Below, piece after piece: positions 8,636 to 16,640 of a stretch of DNA of 44,764 bases. The stretch comes from an uncultured Bacteriovoracaceae bacterium (lineage in GTDB: Bacteria > Bdellovibrionota > Bacteriovoracia > Bacteriovoracales > Bacteriovoracaceae). Both the position numbers and the translations under genes were made by a program. Positions within the stretch are counted from its first letter, which is position 1. Each line of letters starts with the position of its first letter. Under the pieces are notes generated by a model. That model worked only from the letters and a program-made list of their open reading frames with translations, made no database searches and was not told the DNA's origin. The DNA is taken from contig CAXGUD010000031.1 of the NCBI GenBank assembly GCA_964012805.1, positions 1 to 44,764 of the forward strand, read 5' to 3'.

Positions 8636-10789
8636 GTGACATCTAGCAAAGAAAAACAAAGTAAAAAAGAAGAGTTTGTTCAGGGCGTAGGTGGACTGGC
8701 TCAAAAGCCTTCCTTTAAAAAATCGGAAAAGTTCTTCAATAGAGAGGTATCTTGGCTTGAATTCAACCAAAGAGTGTTGGACCAAAGTACTAGTGACAAA
8801 ACCCCTCTCTTAGAAAGGCTCAGGTTTTGTGACATTTTTATTAGCAATTTAGATGAATTTTATATGAAAAGGGTTGGAAGGCTTAGAAACAAGTTTCTTT
8901 CACCTATTTCCTACCAATCAGTTGATGGATTGAGTCCTGGAGAGCAGCTAACTCAAATAAGAAAAAGGGTTACTGAGCAAATGGTTTTAATGAACCAGAC
9001 ACTCAATGAACTAATTTACCCTGCTCTTAAAAATGAGGGTATAAAGCTCGCTAAGTGGGAAGATGTAGGTGTAGAGTCAAAAAAAAGGTTATCTGAAACT
9101 TTTAAAAACTCGATTTTTCCAATATTGACCCCACTAGCAGTCGATTATGGGCATCCGTTCCCGTTTATTTCAAACCTTTCTAAATCTCTTGGTGTTTGTC
9201 TTTTACACCCATCAAGTCAGGAAAAAGTTTTCTCAAGGGTCAAAATCCCAACAGAAATTCCTCAATGGTACTTTGTGGAATCTGACGGAAAGACAGAAAC
9301 TTATATGAATGTTGAAGAGGTTGTCCTTGGAAATTTGGAAATGCTTTTTCCGGGAACTAAAATTCTCGATAAACTTATCTTTCGCGTGACGAGGAACTCT
9401 GATTATGGTGCAGATGAAGATGGTGCCTTAGACCTTAAAGAGCACATCGAAGAGGGGCTAAGAGAGCAGAAGTTTTCTCCTGTTATTAGGCTTGAGCATT
9501 CAGGACAAACAAAAGACTCCTGGATTTTGGATTATATTACAAATGAATTGGAGCTCGATGCAGAAAACGTTTACGAGATGCACTCCTTACCTAATTATAC
9601 AAAATTTGATGAATTAATAAAAATTGATAAACCTCATTTAAAATTCAGACCATGGTCTCCGAAAACGCCTAGAGACTTTGTTGATAATAAGGCCAATATC
9701 TTTCACAAGATTAAGGGGAAAGATATTGTTGTTCACCACCCTTATGAGAGTTTTTCCTCGTCCGTGGAGCGTTTCATTGAAACCGCTGCCAATGATCCTA
9801 AAGTTTTGGCCATTAAAATAACCCTTTATAGAACCACCTTGAATTCTAAAATTGTTGAATCTCTTATTTTTGCTGCTCAAAATGGAAAGCAGGTAGCGTG
9901 CCTTGTTGAGCTAAAGGCCCGCTTTGAAGAAGAGCAGAATATGAGGCTCACCGAAAAGCTTGAAAAAGAAGGTATTCATGTTATCACTGGTATGGTTGGT
10001 CTAAAAACTCATTCAAAAATGTGTTTGGTCGTAAGAAGAGACCACGATAAGGTCACAACTTACGCTCACCTGGGGACTGGAAACTACAATCCGATTACCT
10101 CAAAACTTTACACCGATTTAGGTTTGTTTACTTGTCGAGAGGATATCACGAGAGAAGTTATGGAGGTTTTCAACTTCCTTACAGGTTTTTCTCAGAAAAA
10201 GGATTACGACACCCTTTTAGTAGCTCCTATAAATATAAAGAAAAAGTTTGTTGAACTTATCAATAAAGAAGTTGAAGCAAAGAAGGAAACAGGTCATGGG
10301 CACATTGTTGCCAAGATGAACTCTCTTCAGGACCCGGATATTATTGAGGCCTTATATAAAGCTTCAAAAGCAGGGGTGAAAATTGAGCTTATAGTAAGAG
10401 GGTTTTGTTGCCTTAAACCAGGGATTGAGGGGCTTAGCGAAAATATTGAGGTCACCTCTATCATAGGCCGGTTTTTAGAGCATTCTAGAATATATTATTT
10501 TAGCGGCGGTAAGAAAAACCCTATGGAGGGTACCATTTATATAGGCTCAGCTGATTGGATGTGGCGGAACTTAATGGGAAGAGTGGAAGTTATGACTCCT
10601 CTTCTTTCAGATGAAGTGAAATCAGTTGCCTGGCATACCTTAAAAGTTAACCTTGAAGACGAGTTTTCCTCATGGGTGCTGACTCCAAATGGAAAATATG
10701 AAAAGAAAAAGAAAAGCACGTCTAAAAAAGGGAAGTGTATAGGCACTCACGAAATTCTCATGAGAGAGATTGAAAAGAGTGCTGATTAA
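8636..10789 (+). CDS. ppk1: Polyphosphate kinase 1 (paralog A)
   Basis: NREVSWLEFNQRVL, NLDEFYMKRV, HPFPFISN, HHPYESF, KITLYRT, ELKARF, LKTHSK (phospho-His), AHLGTGNYN, RFLEHSR and GSADWM. GTG start with GGAGG RBS. Confidence 0.97.
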   Translation: MTSSKEKQSKKEEFVQGVGGLAQKPSFKKSEKFFNREVSWLEFNQRVLDQSTSDKTPLLERLRFCDIFISNLDEFYMKRVGRLRNKFLSPISYQSVDGLSPGEQLTQIRKRVTEQMVLMNQTLNELIYPALKNEGIKLAKWEDVGVESKKRLSETFKNSIFPILTPLAVDYGHPFPFISNLSKSLGVCLLHPSSQEKVFSRVKIPTEIPQWYFVESDGKTETYMNVEEVVLGNLEMLFPGTKILDKLIFRVTRNSDYGADEDGALDLKEHIEEGLREQKFSPVIRLEHSGQTKDSWILDYITNELELDAENVYEMHSLPNYTKFDELIKIDKPHLKFRPWSPKTPRDFVDNKANIFHKIKGKDIVVHHPYESFSSSVERFIETAANDPKVLAIKITLYRTTLNSKIVESLIFAAQNGKQVACLVELKARFEEEQNMRLTEKLEKEGIHVITGMVGLKTHSKMCLVVRRDHDKVTTYAHLGTGNYNPITSKLYTDLGLFTCREDITREVMEVFNFLTGFSQKKDYDTLLVAPINIKKKFVELINKEVEAKKETGHGHIVAKMNSLQDPDIIEALYKASKAGVKIELIVRGFCCLKPGIEGLSENIEVTSIIGRFLEHSRIYYFSGGKKNPMEGTIYIGSADWMWRNLMGRVEVMTPLLSDEVKSVAWHTLKVNLEDEFSSWVLTPNGKYEKKKKSTSKKGKCIGTHEILMREIEKSAD

Positions 10790-10858
10790 AAGAAACCTTT
10801 TAGCAGACAGAATGATTCTTAAAGAATTTAAACTTAAAAAAAATGAGAGGGCCATTTA

Positions 10859-11386
10859 ATGGGAACGGAAATATTTACTAAAGCGGCAAGTGCTAACCCT
10901 TCTAATTTGGCCATTCAATATGATCTTCAAAGCTTGGTTATTTTATTAGGCCACACATTTCTTATAGGGGCCTTTCTGTGCATCATAACCTATTTTTCAA
11001 ATAGACACCTTCTTAAAGACCCAAAAGAGCCTTCTGAAGAGAAAATAAACCTTATCTTGGGAACAATGAACATCCTTTACCTTTGTATGGGCCTTTCTTG
11101 CGTGATGATTCTAGTCAATAATAACCTCGCTCGGGCCTTTGCTATCGGAGCTGCTATCGCTCTTGTAAGATTTAGAATTAAACTCGGGAAAAGTTCAGCT
11201 AATTCAAATATTCTTTTTAGTATCGTCTGTGGTATTGCTTGTGGCCTCAATGAGTTAACCTTGGCGTGGTTGTCCGCAGGAGCTTACTTTTTAATAACTC
11301 TTCTTGTTAGGATTGTGACGGGTTCCATTCAGAAAAAAGTTGTAAAAAATAACAATGATAAAGTAAGTGAGATAAGTCCCACTTAA
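10859..11386 (+). CDS. DUF4956-family membrane protein (short form)
   Basis: Family signature VMILVNNNLARAFAIGAAIALVRFR followed by LFSIVCGIACG; about 5 hydrophobic segments. Confidence 0.8.
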   Translation: MGTEIFTKAASANPSNLAIQYDLQSLVILLGHTFLIGAFLCIITYFSNRHLLKDPKEPSEEKINLILGTMNILYLCMGLSCVMILVNNNLARAFAIGAAIALVRFRIKLGKSSANSNILFSIVCGIACGLNELTLAWLSAGAYFLITLLVRIVTGSIQKKVVKNNNDKVSEISPT

Positions 11387-11537
11387 ATGGATTTTTTATT
11401 TTAGGATTCCTTTAACTCAGTTAGTTGAAAAGGGCCATTCCAAAAAAAATAGTTCACATAAAATACTGATTTTTAACCATTATCTAAAGTTTTTAGCTAA
11501 ACCTCTCTTTTTCTTTTTACATTGATGGAAAAAATTG

Positions 11538-11555
11538 GAATTTATACATAAATTC
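11538..11555. promoter_or_regulatory. Candidate operator palindrome upstream of the pyrophosphatase gene
   Basis: Perfect 8-2-8 inverted repeat gaatttat-ac-ataaattc ending 15 nt before ATG 11571. The region is AT-rich, so chance is not excluded. Confidence 0.35.
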
Positions 11556-11570
11556 AAAGGATTCCTAGAG

Positions 11571-12725
11571 ATGTTAAGAATTAAAAAACTCTTTTTTATT
11601 TTGCTCATATTTTCGTTTTTGCCTTCTTCTTTTGCTCTCATAAAAATGAACTTGGAAGAAAACCCTCTTTATTCAGATAGAGAACCATTGAAAGGAGCCG
11701 AAGCGTGGTTTTTGGTTGAAGTACCAGGTGGTACAAATGAAAAATATGAGTATAGAAGAACTTCTGGAAGGATCGTTCTAGATAGGGTCTTATGCCCGAG
11801 ACAAGTTCCTGGATCATCCCAGGTCATTAAAGATTTCCCTGCAAATTATGGAGTCATGCCCGGTATATTTAATCGTGATGGGGACCCTGTTGACTTGATG
11901 GTTTTGGGAAGTGAAAGAGAGTATAAAAAGGCCCTTTTAAATGGGGAGAAAAAAGCAAAAAGAATCCGGGTTATTGGCCTTATTAAATTGCAGGAGTGTG
12001 ACTCTTTACCATGCCTTAAAAGCCAGGACTGGGTAAATGATTGGAAGGTTTTAGGTGTGGACCCTAGAGATCAAAAATATAAAGATATTTTTAATATTAC
12101 TGACCTTGGTGCACATGAAGTGAAAAAACTAAACTTCTTTTGGTCTAATTATAAGGGGCATAGAAAGTTAAAGGACGGAAAATGGCACCCTTTGGCCCGT
12201 GTTACTGAGAATGGAGGGGTTGAAGAGTCCCTCAAGTTTATGAAGGGTTTTAAAAAGATAAATAAGAGTGAGAGAAAGAAAGAAATTTTGGCCTGCCAAA
12301 ATGTTTATAAAGAAGTCATTGAAAGAAAAGAAAACTTTTTAAAAGAGGGAACACCTCCTATTAACAAAGCGTTTCTTTCCTGTTTAGGGCGAGTCATCCC
12401 AAAACATTTCTTTAAGAATCAAAAGAATTTTTCTTTTTATGGCCAATATAGCGCTTACCAATTTTTAAAAGGAAAATTAAAGGATAAAACACCTGGGTTA
12501 AGTTTGGAGAATTCTTTAAAAGTGATGGAGAAGAGGAAGTTTGATTTGAAAACTTATTATCGCTTTGTCTTTAAAAACCCTAAAGGATCTCTTGATAATA
12601 TTCTTTATGATTGGATAAAAACAAAAAATCGAAGGCATGGGTGCCTTGAGGGGACTGGAAGTCAATTTTATGACTTATCTCCTGTCGTAAATAATAAGGC
12701 CTTTAGACCAGTAGATGTTTTATAA
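11571..12725 (+). CDS. Family I inorganic pyrophosphatase with signal peptide and C-terminal extension
   Basis: VEVP..NEKYE, LDR, FPANYG, DGDPVD, D-W-K and FWSNYK match family I PPase active-site motifs. MLRIKKLFFILLIFSFLPSSFA is a Sec-type signal peptide. Start refined to ATG 11571 (ORF track 11535). Confidence 0.85.
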   Translation: MLRIKKLFFILLIFSFLPSSFALIKMNLEENPLYSDREPLKGAEAWFLVEVPGGTNEKYEYRRTSGRIVLDRVLCPRQVPGSSQVIKDFPANYGVMPGIFNRDGDPVDLMVLGSEREYKKALLNGEKKAKRIRVIGLIKLQECDSLPCLKSQDWVNDWKVLGVDPRDQKYKDIFNITDLGAHEVKKLNFFWSNYKGHRKLKDGKWHPLARVTENGGVEESLKFMKGFKKINKSERKKEILACQNVYKEVIERKENFLKEGTPPINKAFLSCLGRVIPKHFFKNQKNFSFYGQYSAYQFLKGKLKDKTPGLSLENSLKVMEKRKFDLKTYYRFVFKNPKGSLDNILYDWIKTKNRRHGCLEGTGSQFYDLSPVVNNKAFRPVDVL

Positions 12726-12745
12726 AAAATGAAAGAAAAGAGAGG

Positions 12746-13843
12746 ATGGAAATGAAAATATTTAAAAAAAGAAAGTTTTTTTTAGCTCTACTTACAGGAA
12801 CTTTTCTAATGGGAAGTTTTCAAAGTGAGGCCTTCTCAAACGAGTTTAATTATATAGCTCAAAACAAAGTTGAGGGAACTCTCTTAAAGTCAGAAATGAA
12901 ATACCACGAGTTAGCAGCTCATATTATACCAAGTAATATTGACGATCTGACATTGGAATTAGAGGCCTTTACGGAGGACACTTTGCCTCACGAAGCTAAA
13001 CTTCTGAGAAAAAGTGTTGGTAAATTAAGGTCCTATTTAGAGCTTTTTATCTTTGCTTACCCTACTTATGGTGGAGAAGATCCATTAAGGAAAGCGAGAA
13101 AAGTACTTGATTCAGGTTATGAGGGTTTAGGAAATTTTAAAGACCTTTTTGATATAAAAGGGGTTTCGGTCTCTAGCCTTGATAAATCACCCTATGATAT
13201 GAAAGAGGTCTCTAAAAGAAGAAACATCGCTTTAAAGTGGAAAGAAAAGTATGCTAAGAAGATTCTTTCTTTAAAAACTCTTCATTACTTAAAAAATCCA
13301 ATCCCGTCTTACATTGAGGATCGTAAAGAAAAGCATTTACCGAAATATTATTGGAGAATCGTAGATTTTGAACCTCAAATAGAGGAAACAGCTTACTCTA
13401 ATTTTCTTCTTTTGGGAGCGGACCTTCTAGAAGAATCTCTAGCAGATTACCCTGAAGTTTTAAAAATTGACGAAATTATTCCCTACGAAAATCAAGAGGC
13501 ATTTCATGACCTTAGGAAAAAAGTCAGATCTGTTTTAAAATTAAAGAGTTATTTTAAAGGTCTATGGCCAAAATCGTGTTCAGAGTCTAACGAAGCTGCT
13601 TTGACCAAAAAAATGGTCAGTAAGTTTGGAGACCTGAATGATAAATTGGTTGCTCTTAAAAATTTAGAGGAGCAATTGGATAAGAGGAGACTTGGGGCAA
13701 CTAAAAAGAAGGAGCTTCAAAAAGCGATTAAAGCAAAGACTACCTTAATCGATAGTGAATGGCTTACGTTAAAGAAATGGATTAAAGCTAATTTAATTGA
13801 TTCTCAAATAGAAGGTCTTAGTGAGTGCCTAAGGGAAAGCTAA
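12746..13843 (+). CDS. CHAD-domain (polyphosphate-binding) protein with signal peptide
   Basis: Two CHAD half-repeats: PHEAKLLRKSVGKLRSYLELF...LGNFKD and FHDLRKKVRSVL...FGDLND. Helical and Lys-rich. The N-terminus KKRKFFLALLTGTFLMGSFQSEAFS resembles a signal peptide. Confidence 0.78.
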   Translation: MEMKIFKKRKFFLALLTGTFLMGSFQSEAFSNEFNYIAQNKVEGTLLKSEMKYHELAAHIIPSNIDDLTLELEAFTEDTLPHEAKLLRKSVGKLRSYLELFIFAYPTYGGEDPLRKARKVLDSGYEGLGNFKDLFDIKGVSVSSLDKSPYDMKEVSKRRNIALKWKEKYAKKILSLKTLHYLKNPIPSYIEDRKEKHLPKYYWRIVDFEPQIEETAYSNFLLLGADLLEESLADYPEVLKIDEIIPYENQEAFHDLRKKVRSVLKLKSYFKGLWPKSCSESNEAALTKKMVSKFGDLNDKLVALKNLEEQLDKRRLGATKKKELQKAIKAKTTLIDSEWLTLKKWIKANLIDSQIEGLSECLRES

Positions 13844-13874
13844 AACTCAGACCTTCACAAATAAGGAGGCTCTT

Positions 13875-14693
13875 TTGGCCACTTATGTTGTGGGAGATGT
13901 CCAGGGCTGCTTTAAAACCCTGGAAAGGCTTCTAGATAAAATAAACTTTGACCCCCAAAAAGACTTTCTCTGGTTTATCGGAGATCTTGTTAATGTTGGA
14001 AAAAATTCTTTAAAGGCCCTTAAATGGGCCTATAAAAATAGGGATTCTTGCAATCTTTTAATCGGAAATCACGAACTAAACCTCCTTTGTATTGCCTATG
14101 GACTGGCAGAACCTCACGATGATGACACCTTAAATGATGTTTTGGAGCACAATAAACGCGATTTGTGGCTTGATTGGATTAGAACGAGACCTCTCATTCA
14201 CGAAGAGAATGATTATTTCCTAGTTCATGCAGGTGTTCACCCCAATTGGAGTTTAGAAGAGACCCGAAACGTGGCCAAACATGTTGAGGTGGCCTTAAGA
14301 GGCCCTGATTATCTTGAGTACCTCACAAAGTGGAAAAAAAAGTTTTTCAAGAAATGGGAAGAGGACCTTGGTGAGAAAAAAAGAATTGCAACAGCACTTA
14401 ATATAATGACCAAGATGAGGTTTTTAGATCAAGATAACCATCTAGTTAAAAATGTTAAAGGTGAACTTCAAAACGCTCCTGAAGACTTGACTCCATGGTT
14501 CCGTCTTCTAGATTCTTCATTTAAAAATAAAAAGCTTCTCTTTGGCCATTGGTCAGCAATTGGAGTTCATCAAGAAAAAAATATAACAGGCCTTGATAGC
14601 GGTGCTGTTTGGGGAAGAGTTTTGACTGCCTATTGTCTTGAAACAGGTCATATCTCCCAAATGGCGGCCCACAAGAAAGATTTGCCTGATTAA
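13875..14693 (+). CDS. apaH: Symmetrical bis(5'-nucleosyl)-tetraphosphatase (diadenosine tetraphosphatase)
   Basis: MATYVVGDVQGC, GDLVNVG, GNHE, VHAG, MRF, PWF, FGHWSA and LDSGAVWG. TTG start with AAGGAGG RBS. Confidence 0.92.
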   Translation: MATYVVGDVQGCFKTLERLLDKINFDPQKDFLWFIGDLVNVGKNSLKALKWAYKNRDSCNLLIGNHELNLLCIAYGLAEPHDDDTLNDVLEHNKRDLWLDWIRTRPLIHEENDYFLVHAGVHPNWSLEETRNVAKHVEVALRGPDYLEYLTKWKKKFFKKWEEDLGEKKRIATALNIMTKMRFLDQDNHLVKNVKGELQNAPEDLTPWFRLLDSSFKNKKLLFGHWSAIGVHQEKNITGLDSGAVWGRVLTAYCLETGHISQMAAHKKDLPD

Positions 14694-15703
14694 TTAAAGA
14701 ACTCCCAAATCTTAAATTGAATGTGCTTAAGAGACGTTCCTTTTTGGCAATTGACTTTAAAAAGTCTTAGGTAGTTACTTTTCTTTAACGTCGATTCACT
14801 AAAGACATAGATTGATTTTCCATCTTGATCATAAGTTATGGCCTCAATTTGAGCTCCATCAAACCTTGGAAAGCGGTATCTAGTGGAGTAATTTCGTGGA
14901 AACGGTTTAAAAGGTTCTTTCCCTTTATTTATTTTGTATTCTATTCCGTGCTTCAGTGTCGCCAAAGTAAATTTATCACCCTCTGGAGAAATCGTGGCAC
15001 CCGTAACAAAGCTTGCTTTTGGTTTTAACCTCGCTTTTTTTTGGTTTTTTTTAAAAAGAAACGTATTGTAATAACCAATCTTTTTTACATTATTTTTTTT
15101 AGGGTCAAGCTCAAAGATAAAGGTCTTTCCTTTATTTTTAGGATACTTTTCCCAAGTCAATCTATGGGCTTTTGTAAAGAGGTAGAACTTTTGAGCAAAT
15201 TTATGGAATATAAGTGCTTCAGAGTTATGAGCTTCTTTTAAGTCGAAGGTGTACTTTTTCCAGTTTTTTAATTTAACATGACCTTTTTTCTGGGCCTCTT
15301 TCGAAAAAGGGTTTGGTTCTGGAACTTCATATATTGTGACGTAAGTTCTCGTTAAATCGTTATTTCCGATGTCTCCAATATAAAGGCAATCTCCCTCACT
15401 TTTTAGGCATGGCCCAAATGACATATCTTCGTAATCTCTATTTAGAGCACCTTTGAGTTTAAACCTTCCAAGCCTTTTTCCGTTTAAGTGAAAAGCGATA
15501 AACCTAGCTCCATCACCTGCATCGTTATGACCCCAAAAGACTTTTGGATAAGACCTAGAAAGGGCAAGCCCGGAGACTTCTTTCATGGATTTACGACCAA
15601 TTTTTGTGACAATTTCTGTATGCTCACAATCATTAGCGAAAAGAGTTGTCCAGTTAAAGAAGATAAAAACTAGGGATAAATTCCATTTTTTTAAAAGCAT
15701 CAT
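14690..15703 (-). CDS. Secreted beta-propeller protein of unknown function (phytase-like/SdiA-regulated-like)
   Basis: Signal peptide ending TLFA. Blade-start motifs EVSGL, DYEDM, NSEAL, VTGAT and QIEAI, plus conserved-looking HNDAGD and LYIGDIGNN. Function not assignable. Confidence 0.6.
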   Translation of the reverse strand: MMLLKKWNLSLVFIFFNWTTLFANDCEHTEIVTKIGRKSMKEVSGLALSRSYPKVFWGHNDAGDGARFIAFHLNGKRLGRFKLKGALNRDYEDMSFGPCLKSEGDCLYIGDIGNNDLTRTYVTIYEVPEPNPFSKEAQKKGHVKLKNWKKYTFDLKEAHNSEALIFHKFAQKFYLFTKAHRLTWEKYPKNKGKTFIFELDPKKNNVKKIGYYNTFLFKKNQKKARLKPKASFVTGATISPEGDKFTLATLKHGIEYKINKGKEPFKPFPRNYSTRYRFPRFDGAQIEAITYDQDGKSIYVFSESTLKKSNYLRLFKVNCQKGTSLKHIQFKIWEFFN

Positions 15704-16558
15704 TTATTCTTTTCCCTTCTTTTTAAAAATAAAGGAGGGCATTTTTTCTATATAGCGGTTTAGGTTTAAATCTTTTTCCCCTAATTCTTTTTCATCCTCG
15801 TCATCTTCTTTTTGTGTCTTTATCCTACTTAAGACTTTACAGAAGGATTCTAAAGACTCTTTCTCTTTTTCTATATCAACGTTTGGTCCTTCAGCTTCAA
15901 TTTCATAAGTTGTTTTTAATTCTTTTTCAGGTCCTTGCTCAATAGTTTTTCCAAGAATAAATTTAAGCCTTTTTCCACTTTTTAAAGGGATTTTTCTTTT
16001 AAGTCTAATCTTTTTATTCGTGTGGGAGGGGATGAAAATAAAATTTCCTTCATTTTCAATACTTGAAAATAGGTCATCTCTTCCTTTAAAGTCAAGAGAT
16101 CTAATTTGGAGGTCAAAGTCTAAGGCAAGATAGAGTGGGATAATTTGGTTTGATTGAAGGTATTTGAACATTTCAAACCCTTTAAAGAGAATAACTCTAA
16201 TAAGCTCTGGGTTTTTCGATTCAAAAACTTGACTTTTTTTCCAAGTGTAATTTTTGTCACCACACTTGAAAAAACGCTTTTCTATATTTTTAGTAACCTG
16301 AACAACAGTTTTCTTTTTGGAGTTTTTAAGCCGAAACTTAAAACCCTTTTTTTCAAATAAAAAATCTTTTCCATTAAAGGCTTCGATATAAAGGTCAAAG
16401 CGTTCACTAAAGGCCGGAGGAAAAAAGGGTTTTAGCTCCTCAAATTGCTTTTTTTCAAGAGAAAACCTTAATTCGCTTCTGCCCTCTAAGATTGAAGTTA
16501 GTGAAAGAAAAAAGAAAATTAATATGGGAAAGACCCACTTTTTACAAAGAGGTAACAT
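15704..16558 (-). CDS. CYTH/triphosphate tunnel metalloenzyme-like protein with signal peptide
   Basis: Motifs occur in CYTH order: RSELRF (ExExKF-like), RFDLYIE, GFKFRLK, VQVTK, KKIR, YEIEAE. Hydrophobic N-terminal signal ending ILEG. The sequence is divergent and the call is by motif pattern only. Confidence 0.6.
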   Translation of the reverse strand: MLPLCKKWVFPILIFFFLSLTSILEGRSELRFSLEKKQFEELKPFFPPAFSERFDLYIEAFNGKDFLFEKKGFKFRLKNSKKKTVVQVTKNIEKRFFKCGDKNYTWKKSQVFESKNPELIRVILFKGFEMFKYLQSNQIIPLYLALDFDLQIRSLDFKGRDDLFSSIENEGNFIFIPSHTNKKIRLKRKIPLKSGKRLKFILGKTIEQGPEKELKTTYEIEAEGPNVDIEKEKESLESFCKVLSRIKTQKEDDEDEKELGEKDLNLNRYIEKMPSFIFKKKGKE

Positions 16559-16600
16559 AGAAAAATTGTCGGAAAAAAGAAGTGATATCTTGATAAAGAT

Positions 16601-16627
16601 GGCCCTAAAAACTTAACTTTTAGGACC
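16601..16627 (-). terminator. Probable terminator hairpin downstream of the Na/Pi symporter gene
   Basis: The minus strand reads GGUCCUAAAA-GUUAAGU-UUUUAGGGCC (10-bp stem with one G-U pair) followed by aucuuuauc, 13 nt after the stop. Confidence 0.5.
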
Positions 16628-16640
16628 AAGCAAATAAAAT

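Noticed and set aside
8471..8785. 104-aa minus-strand ORF overlapping the ppk1A start
   Set aside because: Antisense shadow ORF with no motif or RBS.
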